Below, piece after piece: positions 28,841-38,889 of a DNA stretch of 64,000 nucleotides. Every line of letters begins with the position of its first letter. The stretch's first letter is position 1. The position numbers were made by a program, and so were the translations under genes. The notes beneath the pieces are model-generated. The model searched no databases, was not told the origin of the DNA, and saw nothing but the letters and a program-made list of their open reading frames with translations. The DNA comes from Flavobacteriia bacterium (GTDB taxonomy: Bacteria; Bacteroidota; Bacteroidia; Flavobacteriales; Flavobacteriaceae), in NCBI GenBank assembly GCA_011391075.1, contig JAABRF010000002.1, positions 5,280 through 69,279 on the forward strand, in the 5' to 3' direction.

Positions 28841-29914
28841 TCATCCAACACTTACTTCGTCGCAAATATACTGTTTATTTTCACAAAACTGACTCAACTC
28901 ACTATCGATAAAACTGATAACCTTATTGGTTTCGCTTTTGGGATACAAAACGTGAACGTTGGCTCCAGCGTCCAAAGTAAAACAAACCGGAACTTGAGTC
29001 GCTGTTCTGAATTCCCATATCTTTTTAATAATACTTATCGTTTGAGGTTGCATCAGAATAAAATATGGATTGGCAGTCATCATCATGGCATGTAAGCTCA
29101 AAGCCTCGGTTTCCACCAATTGCATAAAAGCATTCAAATCACCTTGTTGCATGATGCCGGCCAACAGAGTGAGATTTTCATTGGCTTGCGCAAACCTTTG
29201 TTCGGCAAACGGGTGTTGATTCATCAAATTGTGCCCTACACTGCTGGAAACTTTCTTCTGTCCTTTATCCACCAACAAAATCGTATCTTGATAGGTTTTA
29301 AAAATGGGATGTACCGTTAATGGAAAAGGGATTCCATACAAATCGGAAGCTGTTTCAAAATCGGGATGTTGTCCCCATAAAACCAAGGAGCCATATACGC
29401 TTCGCGTAGCACTTCCCGAACCCAAGCGAGCTAAAAAGGCTGCTTTTTGGTAAAAATAGGTTTCATCCATTTCGGTATTGAAAGCTAGTTCCATTTGCAT
29501 CAAACACAATGAAAGTGCAGCAAAACTACTAGCCGAAGATGCGATTCCACTGCTGTGTGGGAAAGAATTATGGGTTTGAATTTCAAAAGAAAAATTGTTT
29601 ATAAACGGCACATACAAAACAATACTTTCAAAATACTTCTGAATCTTCGATTTGAAATCGGGTTTGCTTACCCCATCTAAATACACCTCAAAATCAAATA
29701 CTTGTTCGGTTTTCCCCGCTTCTTTTGGAGTAAATTTCAAGGTCGTTTCTGTATAACTTTTACTCAAAGTGAAACTGACTGAAGCATTTTTAGGAATTTG
29801 TGGATCTGACTTTCCCCAATATTTTACCAAAGCAATATTACTAGGTGCTTTGGCAGAAAACGCTCCCGATATAGGGTTAAAAATAGTCTTAGAAATATAC
29901 GCTTGATGTATCAA
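28841..29914 (-). CDS. mvaD: Diphosphomevalonate decarboxylase
   Basis: SNIALVKYWGK motif near the N-terminus and GHMP ATP-loop GSGSATRS. Confidence 0.85.
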   Translation of the reverse strand: MIHQAYISKTIFNPISGAFSAKAPSNIALVKYWGKSDPQIPKNASVSFTLSKSYTETTLKFTPKEAGKTEQVFDFEVYLDGVSKPDFKSKIQKYFESIVLYVPFINNFSFEIQTHNSFPHSSGIASSASSFAALSLCLMQMELAFNTEMDETYFYQKAAFLARLGSGSATRSVYGSLVLWGQHPDFETASDLYGIPFPLTVHPIFKTYQDTILLVDKGQKKVSSSVGHNLMNQHPFAEQRFAQANENLTLLAGIMQQGDLNAFMQLVETEALSLHAMMMTANPYFILMQPQTISIIKKIWEFRTATQVPVCFTLDAGANVHVLYPKSETNKVISFIDSELSQFCENKQYICDEVSVG

Positions 29915-30688
29915 TGTTTGAAATTTTATGCAAAATTAGTTAATTTTATTCAAGATTTCCTCATTTTTTTGCACCTTTGCAGCACAAAAACACGTATATG
30001 CACGATCAAAACCATACATTTTTAACCGTAGAAAGTAGCAAAAATCTGCTTTTAATCTTGTATATAAGGACCTTTTGGTGAGAAATTTAAGCTGACTTTT
30101 AGTCAGAAACGATATATCCAAGCGTCCATTTTCAACAATGGATGCTTTTTTTTTAATTTTTTTAAAATTTTTTTCGATTGAAAATAGATTTTTTTTACAT
30201 ATCAAACATCTAGTTGTAAAATTTGAACGCATTTGAGAGACAGACTTTTGCCATTTTTACCACTTGCTCGTTGAAGACGAGCAGGATGTGTATTGCCTAA
30301 AAAATATAATCTATTACATTGATTTTCAATTTTTTAAATCAAAATAAATTTGCACAATTCAAAAACACTTTTTACTTTTGCCCCGTTTTAAAATCAAAAA
30401 TTATTCATCTAAAAAGCAACATCATTATGACACATAAAATGATATCAAACACATACCCAAATCGTCAGCTGGCAAGCTGTTTAGATTTTGGCTGGTGTTG
30501 CTTCGGATTTGACCAATAGTATCAAACTATTTATATCCGAAGCAGGAAACTGTTTCGGATTCTTTGCTCTGAAATCATCAACATTTTTTCCATTCAGTTT
30601 CAAGAATAAGAAATTCAAAGTTTAATTAGTCGAGGCTTCCTACGTCCCTTCTAAATTCTAACTCCTAATTTCTAATTTCAGTTTTCAA

Positions 30689-30761
30689 GGTGCTGTAACT
30701 TAACGGCTAAAGTTCCCGGCTGTCTCCTGGGAAGAAATGGGTTCGATTCCCATCAGCACTA
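30689..30761 (+). tRNA. tRNA-like sequence folding into a complete cloverleaf with anticodon GUC (Asp), but non-canonical (U at position 37, atypical D-loop); possibly a pseudo-tRNA
   Basis: Manual fold: acceptor ggtgctg/cagcact (7 bp, one G-U), D-arm actt-aacggcta-aagt, anticodon arm cccgg-ctgtctc-ctggg, 5-nt variable loop, T-arm atggg-ttcgatt-cccat, discriminator A. Confidence 0.3.
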
Positions 30762-30920
30762 CCCATCGAGAATAGGCAACCTTTTCTCTAAAAATTTCAA
30801 CACAAATCCACGACAGGTGTTTCTGTATAGCACCGTTGTAGCAGGTTTTACAAAGTTTGTATGGGATCATGCTATGCAATTTGTTTTGAAGGTTTGTTGA
30901 TAACCAAAATCAACGCAATC

Positions 30921-31110
30921 ACGCTAAGGGTTACAGGTTCGATTCCTGTGTTTCTTTTGAGAAACTAGTTCAAATGGTTAGAACATTAGCCTCACTCGTC
31001 TGTCGCGGGTTCGACTCCCGTATCTCATTTCGGTTGAGATTAACTCAGTGGTAGAGTAACGAAATGGTCTTTTAAACCATTCCAACAAGTTGGATTCACT
31101 TGTAAAAAAA
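30921..31110 (+). other. Cluster of tRNA-derived fragments: three further T-arms (GGTTCGATTCC, GGGTTCGACTCCC, caagt-tggattc-acttg), a canonical D-arm (tagttcaaatggttagaac) and a Lys(UUU)-type anticodon arm, none completing a valid acceptor stem
   Basis: Manual folding. The 3' acceptor gtttctt (30950-30956) pairs with the 5' acceptor gagaaac (30959-30965) but in permuted order. Confidence 0.35.
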
Positions 31111-31450
31111 ATCCTCTCGTCAGGGGACAACCTGACACCGACAATACGCAACAGATGCGAAAACTCAAAAGGTTGGACATCTATAAAAGTTCTTTGCAGT
31201 TAAAGGCAACAAGGAAGTGAATTTTTTCTGAATTGGAACGGGAAAAAATTTAAGGAAATAAATTCCGATGGAAAGGAAAGGAAAAGGTAATCGTATTCCA
31301 TCAGTAAAATTACAACTTCATTGTCCCCTTTTTCTCCGAACTTTTAGGAACATCTGTTGGTATTGTTTTTTGAATAAGACTTTTTATAAAAAGCAAATAG
31401 ATGGGTTTCACATAGTAGTGAAATAAGTTAAATGATTAAATGTAAGTAAA

Positions 31451-32551
31451 ATGAAATTAGCAAGAGTAAACCAAGGTTATATTGGTTTGGTATTTAGAAA
31501 TGGCGATTATCGTAAGTTCATCGAAGCAGGATTGCATGTGTTGTACTTTAACGAAGAAGTTCAATTATACAATATGAGTTTGGTGTTTAATGCACCGGTT
31601 CTATTGGAAATTTTGATGAAAGATGCCGCATTGATGGAAAAATTACAAATTGTAGAGATTAACGATAGTCAATTGGGTATTTTGTACAAAAACGGTTTGT
31701 ATCAAAGCGTTTTAAAACCTGGTAGATATATGTATTGGAAAGGTTTGGTGACTTATCAAGTCACTTTATTGAACCTTCAAGAAATTGAAGTTTCCGAAAC
31801 CATGGATCGAAAAATCCTCAATGTCCCTGAAGTAAGGCTTCAAATGCATGTATATGAAGTAGAACCACATGAAAAGGCTGTTTTGATCATCAATGATCAA
31901 TTTGTCAAAATCTTGGAAAGTGGTATCTACCGTTTCTGGAAAAATGAAAATGTCATCAGAGTGATGAAAGCCGATTTGCGTATGCAAAACATGGAAATTT
32001 CCGGTCAAGAAATTTTGACACAAGACAAAGCTGTTATCAGGATTAACTTCAACACGCAATACAAAGTGACTGATATCATGAAAGCGTTACTCGAACACAA
32101 AGATTATGAAAAACAATTGTATGTCATCATCCAATTGGCTATCAGAACTTTTGTAGGAAATAAGACGTTGGACGAATTGTTGGAAAACAAAGACAACATC
32201 AGTGAATCTGTTTTGCAAAACGTAAAAGTAATGACCGAAAAAATGGGTGTAAAAATTGAAAACTGCGGTATCAAAGACGTAATCCTTACCGGTGAAATGA
32301 GAGACATCATGAACCGAGTATTGGTAGCAGAAAAGAAAGCGCAAGCCAACATCATCACCCGTAGAGAAGAAACTGCTTCTACGCGAAGTTTGTTGAACAC
32401 GGCCAAATTGATGGAAGAAAACACCATGTTATTCAAATTGAAAGAAATGGAGTTTATCGAGAATATTGCCGACAAAGTAGGTAACATCAGCATTTCCGGA
32501 CAGGGAAATCTTTTAGAACAAATCAAAGAAGCGTTTACCGCAAAGTCCTAA
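31451..32551 (+). CDS. Atypical SPFH/band-7 (stomatin-like) protein: soluble N-terminal region with three tandem copies of the SPFH beta-hairpin motif, followed by a canonical SPFH core and coiled-coil tail
   Basis: C-terminal half TQDKAVIRINFNTQYKVTD...TLDELLENKDNISESV...VKIENCGIKDVILTGEMRDIM...AEKKAQANII matches the SPFH consensus. No TM helix. N-terminal repeats: RVNQGYIGLVFRNG..., QIVEINDSQLGILYKNG..., KAVLIINDQFVKILESG... Confidence 0.65.
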   Translation: MKLARVNQGYIGLVFRNGDYRKFIEAGLHVLYFNEEVQLYNMSLVFNAPVLLEILMKDAALMEKLQIVEINDSQLGILYKNGLYQSVLKPGRYMYWKGLVTYQVTLLNLQEIEVSETMDRKILNVPEVRLQMHVYEVEPHEKAVLIINDQFVKILESGIYRFWKNENVIRVMKADLRMQNMEISGQEILTQDKAVIRINFNTQYKVTDIMKALLEHKDYEKQLYVIIQLAIRTFVGNKTLDELLENKDNISESVLQNVKVMTEKMGVKIENCGIKDVILTGEMRDIMNRVLVAEKKAQANIITRREETASTRSLLNTAKLMEENTMLFKLKEMEFIENIADKVGNISISGQGNLLEQIKEAFTAKS

Positions 32552-32677
32552 AAGTAATGACTACCAGTATGGAGGCATATGGAAAAAGTGAAAACAATCT
32601 AGGTGAAGTTACTGCTTCCGCTCTGGCGGGAGCAGCGCTTCATCAATTTTTTAAAAAAAATCATACTATAAGTAGTC

Positions 32678-34342
32678 ATGAATCACAAAAGCATTGCCCA
32701 AATTCTGGAAATACTATACAGAAAGGCATATAAATCAAAATTAAAAGATCAAAAATTAACTGAGTTATCGGATGAATTAAAAAGGATCAATGCGTATTTC
32801 AATACGACCGATTGGCAAAGTATGCTGTTAGCCGTAATTTTTGTAAAATCCACCATCAATTCCTTGAACGTAAATGATTTGATGGAATATTTCGGGTTAA
32901 ACGATGTCAAATTTTTAAGGTTAATACCCGAAATCAAAAATCTTCAGAAGAAGAACTTCTTTTCCGATACCGATTCGGATCTTAAAAACCTGACCTTTGA
33001 TTTAAATGGAACTATTCAGGAATGTATATTTGACAATCAACCGATTCCTATGGAATTTTTGAATTCCCAAGATATGAAAAAGAACTTGGAATCCTTGATG
33101 AAAGAGTTCAAAAAACTCAAAAACGAAAAAAACAATCACAATGAAAGCGGATTTATTTTTCAAAATAAATTCAGACGACTCATGGAGCAATTCCATGAAT
33201 TAAAATTGCTTCAATATTTAAAACCCAAACTCAGAATGGATGAAACATTTCTACTTGTGGAAATGTTGGAAGATTTTTGGGTGTACGGACATGAAGATTT
33301 CTATACGGATTTGACTTATTCGCTCAACATTTATTACGATTCACATCAGGAATCCATGAAAAAAACCATACAAATCATCCATGGTGAATCGGCACTTGTC
33401 AAATTAGCTTTATTGGACGTAGAGCCCAATCAAATAGCTAAAGAAACCCATGTGAAATTGAGTTACAAATTTCTCGAAGTTTTGAATCAATTGGAACATC
33501 TAGATTTACAGATCAGTCCAATTAAAGACAAAAGGTTGAAATATCCTGAACAAATCGACCCAAAAACACTTTTTTACAATGCGAGTGAACAAGAAATGTT
33601 GTTTCCATTACAAAAGAGTTTAGCAGATACAACCTTTAAAAAATTGCAAAAAAAATTGCAAAAAGCGCATTTGCCAATGGGACTAACCGTTCTACTATAC
33701 GGTCAACCCGGAACCGGAAAAACGGAAACGGTTTATCAACTCGCTAGAAAATATCGTCGACCTGTATGGAAAGTTGACATTTCCGAAACCAAAAGCATGT
33801 GGTTTGGCGAAAGTGAAAAGCGCATCAAAAAAATCTTTACAGATTATGCAGCCATCAAAGAAAGGCAGAAAGTCTGTCCGATTCTCTTATTCAACGAGGC
33901 TGATGGCATCATTGGCAAACGCAATGAAAACATTCGCGGAAGCGTAGATCAAACCCAAAACACTTTGCAAAACATACTTTTGGATGAACTCGAACGTTTT
34001 GACGGAATTTTCTTTGCCACTACCAATTTGGTCAGCAATCTTGATACAGCTTTTGAAAGACGTTTTTTATTTAAAGTCCATTTTGACAAACCAACTTTGG
34101 AAAATGCTGCCCGAATTTGGAAAAATAAAATTCCTTATCTATCCCAGCATCAAGCCTTGCAATTGGCAAAAGAATTTACTTTTTCAGGAGGAGAAATGGA
34201 CAATATAGCTCGAAAGGTATTGATGAATGAACTGCTTCAAAACACCAAACCGGATTTTGAAAATATCAAAGCCTTTTGTCAACAAGAAAGATGGGCTGAA
34301 AAAGATACTAGGGTGAAAGTGGGGTTTAAAATTACCCAGTAG
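32678..34342 (+). CDS. AAA ATPase (classic clade) with ~320-aa N-terminal domain of unknown function
   Basis: Walker A LLYGQPGTGKT, Walker B ILLFNEAD, second region of homology FFATTNLVSNLDTAFERRF. The N-domain has no recognisable motifs. Confidence 0.75.
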   Translation: MNHKSIAQILEILYRKAYKSKLKDQKLTELSDELKRINAYFNTTDWQSMLLAVIFVKSTINSLNVNDLMEYFGLNDVKFLRLIPEIKNLQKKNFFSDTDSDLKNLTFDLNGTIQECIFDNQPIPMEFLNSQDMKKNLESLMKEFKKLKNEKNNHNESGFIFQNKFRRLMEQFHELKLLQYLKPKLRMDETFLLVEMLEDFWVYGHEDFYTDLTYSLNIYYDSHQESMKKTIQIIHGESALVKLALLDVEPNQIAKETHVKLSYKFLEVLNQLEHLDLQISPIKDKRLKYPEQIDPKTLFYNASEQEMLFPLQKSLADTTFKKLQKKLQKAHLPMGLTVLLYGQPGTGKTETVYQLARKYRRPVWKVDISETKSMWFGESEKRIKKIFTDYAAIKERQKVCPILLFNEADGIIGKRNENIRGSVDQTQNTLQNILLDELERFDGIFFATTNLVSNLDTAFERRFLFKVHFDKPTLENAARIWKNKIPYLSQHQALQLAKEFTFSGGEMDNIARKVLMNELLQNTKPDFENIKAFCQQERWAEKDTRVKVGFKITQ

Positions 34343-34504
34343 TTTGGTGAAAATTTCTGCAACAAAATTTATGCAACAATTTTAAACTCATAAAGGTTTC
34401 ATTTACTAAATCTTAGAATTTCAACGACACTAATTTTTTCACATTTTGGAAACAAAATGGTATTAAAAAAAATGAGATATTTCTTTTTGTAATCAAAATT
34501 ATTA

Positions 34505-34526
34505 TATCTTTGTGCAATCGATTGCA
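34505..34526 (+). promoter_or_regulatory. Bacteroidetes -7 box TATCTTTG (34505-34512) fused to the 14-bp perfect palindrome TGCAATCGATTGCA (34513-34526): predicted operator of the LacI-family regulator, overlapping the kduI promoter/TSS
   Basis: Direct reading; the ATG of kduI is at 34540. Confidence 0.5.
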
Positions 34527-34539
34527 TAAATTTAATAAA

Positions 34540-35370
34540 ATGACGAAACACGAATTCAGATACGCCTCACATCCCGATGATGCTTTACAATATGGTACTG
34601 ATAAATTGAGAGATTTATTTTTAATAGAACACTTATTTATTGAAAACCAAATATCATTTACTTACAGCATGTATGACCGAATGATTGTCGGTGGAGCAAA
34701 ACCGGTAAAACTGGATTTAAAATTGGAAACATTGCCTTATTTGAAGTCTGAAAACTTTTTGGACAGACGAGAAATGGGCGTTATCAATGTCGGAGGAAAA
34801 GGAAAAGTTAAAGTAGATGGAATACTATATGAGTTGGATAAAAAGGAAGCACTTTATATCGGAAAAGATAAGAAAGAGGTAATATTCATGGCTGGAGGAA
34901 ATCCACTATTCTACATCAATTCTACACCTGCGCACAAAGCGTATCCGACTAAAAAAATAGGAAAAGAAGATGCTGAAATCATTCAACTCGGAGATATAAA
35001 ACATGCCAATAGACGCATTTTGAATAAATTAATTGTCAACAGTATTGTAGATACTTGCCAACTACAAATGGGGCTTACAGAATTATTGGAGGGAAATGTT
35101 TGGAATACCATGCCACCGCATACGCATGAGCGTAGAATGGAAGTCTATTTTTATTTTGACTTGGAAGAAGGGCAAACGGTGAGTCATTTTATGGGACAAC
35201 CGCAAAATACACGTCATATATTCATACATAATAACCAAGCCGTATTATCGCCGGAATGGTCGATTCACGCTGGAGCAGGAACCAGTAATTATTCTTTTAT
35301 TTGGGGAATGGGCGGTGAAAATTTGGATTATGGCGATATGGATCTTGTAACTCCAAACCAATTGAAATAA
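34540..35370 (+). CDS. kduI: 5-dehydro-4-deoxy-D-glucuronate isomerase; the ORF-track start 34510 is over-extended
   Basis: MTKHEFRYASHPDDALQYGTDKLRDLFLIE...YDRMIVGG...RREMGVINVGGKG - KduI family; cupin His motifs HTHERRMEVYFY. Confidence 0.85.
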   Translation: MTKHEFRYASHPDDALQYGTDKLRDLFLIEHLFIENQISFTYSMYDRMIVGGAKPVKLDLKLETLPYLKSENFLDRREMGVINVGGKGKVKVDGILYELDKKEALYIGKDKKEVIFMAGGNPLFYINSTPAHKAYPTKKIGKEDAEIIQLGDIKHANRRILNKLIVNSIVDTCQLQMGLTELLEGNVWNTMPPHTHERRMEVYFYFDLEEGQTVSHFMGQPQNTRHIFIHNNQAVLSPEWSIHAGAGTSNYSFIWGMGGENLDYGDMDLVTPNQLK

Positions 35371-35371
35371 A

Positions 35372-36136
35372 ATGATGGACTTATTTGATTTAAGTGGAAA
35401 AATAGCACTTGTAACCGGTTGTAAACGAGGGATAGGATTTGCTTTGGCAGAAGCTTTGGCAGAAGCTGGAGCCGACATCATAGGTGTTTCCGTCAATTTG
35501 GAATTACAGAATTCTGAAATCGAAAAGAAAGTTACGGAAATCGGACAAAAGTTTTACGCCTATCAAAGTGATTTCTCCAACCGAAAATCACTCTATCAAT
35601 TCATTGAAAAAGTAAAAAAAGAACATCTCGTCATCGATATTTTAGTCAACAATGCGGGAACAATTTTAAGAAAACCAGCAGTCGAACATCCTGATGAATA
35701 TTGGGATACCGTAATGGAAGTCAATTTGAATGCTCAATTTATCTTAAGTCGAGAAATTGCAAAAAATATGTTGCATAAAGGTTCCGGAAAAATTATTTTC
35801 ACAGCATCTTTGTTAACATTTCAAGGCGGCATCAACGTTCCGGGATATGCAGCTTCCAAAGGAGCAATCGGTCAACTCACTATGGCTTTATCCAATGAAT
35901 GGGCTTCCAAAGGCATACAAGTCAACGCGATAGCACCCGGATATATAGCTACAGATAATACGCAAGCCTTAAGGGATGATTCGGAAAGAAGTGCATCAAT
36001 TTTATCAAGAATACCAGCGGGCCGTTGGGGAAAACCGGAAGATTTTAAAGGTCCAATCGTGTTTTTAGCCTCTAAAGCCAGTGATTATATGAGCGGTACC
36101 ATTCTCACCATTGACGGTGGTTGGATGGGACGATAA
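35372..36136 (+). CDS. kduD: 2-dehydro-3-deoxy-D-gluconate 5-dehydrogenase (SDR)
   Basis: LSGKIALVTGCKRGIGFALAEALAEAGADI, NNAG, YAASKGA motifs; sits in a kduI-kduD pair. Confidence 0.85.
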   Translation: MMDLFDLSGKIALVTGCKRGIGFALAEALAEAGADIIGVSVNLELQNSEIEKKVTEIGQKFYAYQSDFSNRKSLYQFIEKVKKEHLVIDILVNNAGTILRKPAVEHPDEYWDTVMEVNLNAQFILSREIAKNMLHKGSGKIIFTASLLTFQGGINVPGYAASKGAIGQLTMALSNEWASKGIQVNAIAPGYIATDNTQALRDDSERSASILSRIPAGRWGKPEDFKGPIVFLASKASDYMSGTILTIDGGWMGR

Positions 36137-36154
36137 TTTTAAAACAGTAGCATC

Positions 36155-37555
36155 ATGTCCAATTCTTTTATTCATGACCAATTTTTGTTGAAAAACAAAT
36201 ATGCGCAGGAGTTATATCACAACTATGCGGCACATCAACCCATCATAGATTATCACAACCACTTGCCTCCTAAAGAAATAGCTGAAAATAGAGTTTTTGA
36301 AAACATCAGTCAGGTGTGGTTGGCGGGTGATCACTACAAATGGCGCGCTATGCGTACCTTAGGTGTAGATGAGAAATTCATCACCGGAACTGCATCCGAC
36401 AAGGAAAAATTTATTGCTTGGGCCAAATCGGTTCCTGCAACGGTTCGAAATCCATTGTATCATTGGACCCATTTGGAGTTAAAACGCTATTTTGGAGTTG
36501 ACGTTTTACTCAACGAACAAAACGCATCGGAAATCTACGATGAAATCAATCAAAAATTACAAACGCCTGCCTATACTTGTCTTGGATTATTAGAACAAAG
36601 GAATGTTGAAACCGTTTGCACTACGGAAGATCCAACTGATACTTTGGTCCATCACCAAAATTATTCAAAGACGCATCCGAAGATAAAAATGAGTACTGCA
36701 TTTCGTCCCGACAAAGCCATTTTCATCGAAAATGAAGAATATAATGTCTATCTTGATCGTCTAGCAGCTTCTGCAGAAATGGAGATTTCAACCTTTCAAA
36801 ATTTGAAAGATGCCCTAAACAAACGCATGGTTTATTTTCACGAAAACGGTTGTCGATTGTGCGATCATGGATTGAATTATGTACCATTTGCAGAAGCAAC
36901 TGAATCTGAAATTGAAAAAATATTTGAAAAAAGAAGAGCCGGAAAACAAGTAAGCAAAGAGGAACAAGAAAAATTTCAAACATCTTTATTGTTGTTTTTA
37001 GGAGAAACTTACCACGAATTCAAGTGGGTTCAACAGTTTCATCTCGGTGCTTTACGCAACAATAATGAACGCATGCTCAATCTGTTGGGTCCAGACACAG
37101 GTTGGGATTCTATCGGCGACTTTCAGCAAGCCTCTGCCCTATCCAAATTTTTAAATGCATTGGATAAAAAAGATAAACTGACCAAAACCATCTTGTACAA
37201 TCTCAATCCCGCTGATAATGAAGTGTTGGCCACTATGATTGGGAATTTTAACGATGGGAAAATCAAAGGGAAAATGCAATTTGGTTCCGGATGGTGGTTT
37301 TTAGATCAAAAAGATGGCATTGTCAAACAATTAAATGCCTTGTCCAATATGGGTATGTTGAGTAGTTTCATCGGAATGCTAACCGATTCGCGAAGTTTTT
37401 TATCATTTCCACGTCACGAATATTTCAGAAGGATTCTTTGCAATATATTTGGTGAAGAGATGGAAAGTGGTGAATTACCGACAGACATTGAAATGATGGG
37501 TAAAATCATTTCCGATATCAGTTATCACAACGCCAAAAACTACTTTGATTTTTAA
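36155..37555 (+). CDS. uxaC: Glucuronate (uronate) isomerase
   Basis: FLLKNKYAQELYHNYAAHQPIIDYHNHLPPKEIAENRVFENISQVWLAGDHYKWRAMR - near-identical motif order to E. coli UxaC. Confidence 0.9.
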   Translation: MSNSFIHDQFLLKNKYAQELYHNYAAHQPIIDYHNHLPPKEIAENRVFENISQVWLAGDHYKWRAMRTLGVDEKFITGTASDKEKFIAWAKSVPATVRNPLYHWTHLELKRYFGVDVLLNEQNASEIYDEINQKLQTPAYTCLGLLEQRNVETVCTTEDPTDTLVHHQNYSKTHPKIKMSTAFRPDKAIFIENEEYNVYLDRLAASAEMEISTFQNLKDALNKRMVYFHENGCRLCDHGLNYVPFAEATESEIEKIFEKRRAGKQVSKEEQEKFQTSLLLFLGETYHEFKWVQQFHLGALRNNNERMLNLLGPDTGWDSIGDFQQASALSKFLNALDKKDKLTKTILYNLNPADNEVLATMIGNFNDGKIKGKMQFGSGWWFLDQKDGIVKQLNALSNMGMLSSFIGMLTDSRSFLSFPRHEYFRRILCNIFGEEMESGELPTDIEMMGKIISDISYHNAKNYFDF

Positions 37556-37648
37556 CAATTTGATTAAATTATTATATAGCGTCTTGTATACAACCCTGAT
37601 TTTTACTAGTATTTATCCATTTTAAGAAATTTAATTCATTCAATTCTA

Positions 37649-38671
37649 ATGAAAAAAATCGTAACCTTAGGCGAAATCATGTTACGTTTATCCACTCCCG
37701 ACTACAAGAGATTTGTTCAAGCTGACAGCTTTGATGTTACTTATGGCGGAGGCGAAGCCAATGTGGCTGCAGCTTTATGCAATTACGGTTTACAGGGAAC
37801 CTTTGTCTCCAAAGTTCCTAATAATGCCATTGGCCAATCTGCAATCAATCACCTACGCCGTTTCGGAGTTGACACGCAATTCATTGCACGTGGTGGCGAA
37901 AGATTGGGGATTTATTTTTTGGAAACCGGCGCGTCTATGCGTGCTTCACAAGTAATATACGACCGGGCGCATGCCTCCATTGCTGATGTGGAAATTTCGG
38001 AGTTTGATTTTGACCAAATTTTTGAAGGAGCCGATTGGTTTCATACCACCGGAATTACACCTGCTTTGAGTGACAAAGCTGCAGCTTTGACTTTGGCTGC
38101 TTTAAAAGCTGCAAAATCCAAAGGCATTACAACGAGTATGGATTTAAATTTCAGAAAAAAACTTTGGAGCAGTGAAAAAGCACAGAAAGTTATGACTGAA
38201 TTGAGTTATTTCGTTGATGTTTGTATCGGTAATGAAGAAGACGCCGAATTGAGTTTAGGGTTTAAAGCTGGCCAAACCGATGTTACGAAAGGGGAGTTAC
38301 ATTTGGATGGTTATAAGGATGTATTCAAACAAATGAAAGCCAAATTCGGTTTCAAATTTATTGCTTCTTCTTTACGTGAGAGTTATAGTGCTAGTGATAA
38401 TGGTTGGAGTGCATTGGTATATGACGGTCATGACTTTTACCATACCAAATCCTACAAAGTTCGCATAGTTGATCGCGTAGGAAGTGGCGATTCTTTTGCC
38501 AGTGGCTTGATTTACGGATTGGTTACAGGAATGCCTATGAATGAAGCAGCCGAATTTGGGGTTGCTGCCAGCGCCTTAAAACACACCATTCCGGGAGATT
38601 TAAATCACGCTACTTTGTCAGAAGTCAAAGATTTGATGAAAGGTGACGGAAGTGGACGTGTGCAACGTTGA
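37649..38671 (+). CDS. kdgK: 2-dehydro-3-deoxygluconokinase (PfkB-family sugar kinase)
   Basis: PfkB N-terminal GG motif (VTYGGGEANVAAAL) and C-terminal DRVGSGDSFASGLIYG (DTxGAGD-type) motif. Confidence 0.8.
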   Translation: MKKIVTLGEIMLRLSTPDYKRFVQADSFDVTYGGGEANVAAALCNYGLQGTFVSKVPNNAIGQSAINHLRRFGVDTQFIARGGERLGIYFLETGASMRASQVIYDRAHASIADVEISEFDFDQIFEGADWFHTTGITPALSDKAAALTLAALKAAKSKGITTSMDLNFRKKLWSSEKAQKVMTELSYFVDVCIGNEEDAELSLGFKAGQTDVTKGELHLDGYKDVFKQMKAKFGFKFIASSLRESYSASDNGWSALVYDGHDFYHTKSYKVRIVDRVGSGDSFASGLIYGLVTGMPMNEAAEFGVAASALKHTIPGDLNHATLSEVKDLMKGDGSGRVQR

Positions 38672-38889
38672 GGATTATTTAAAGTTATTAGGTTAACTTT
38701 TCCCCAACAAAGTTGGTGGATTAGGTTATAAATTATTGAGTTATAAGGTAGATTGGTTTTTTTAAGAATTGTTTGTTTGATCAATTTTGGAAATTAAAAA
38801 CGTTTGGCAAATGATTAATTCCACCCATTTAATTACCTTTCAAATACCTCGATAAGAAATCAATTTCAAATCAAGAATTACCATAAACC

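Noticed and set aside
29936-30232. 98-aa minus-strand ORF upstream of the decarboxylase gene
   Set aside because: Lys/Phe-rich low-complexity translation of AT-rich DNA containing homopolymer runs, with no domain signal. It is most likely a promoter region, not a gene.
30319-30519. 66-aa ORF in the tRNA-like region
   Set aside because: No coding features; it overlaps inverted repeats and hairpins and is probably non-coding.
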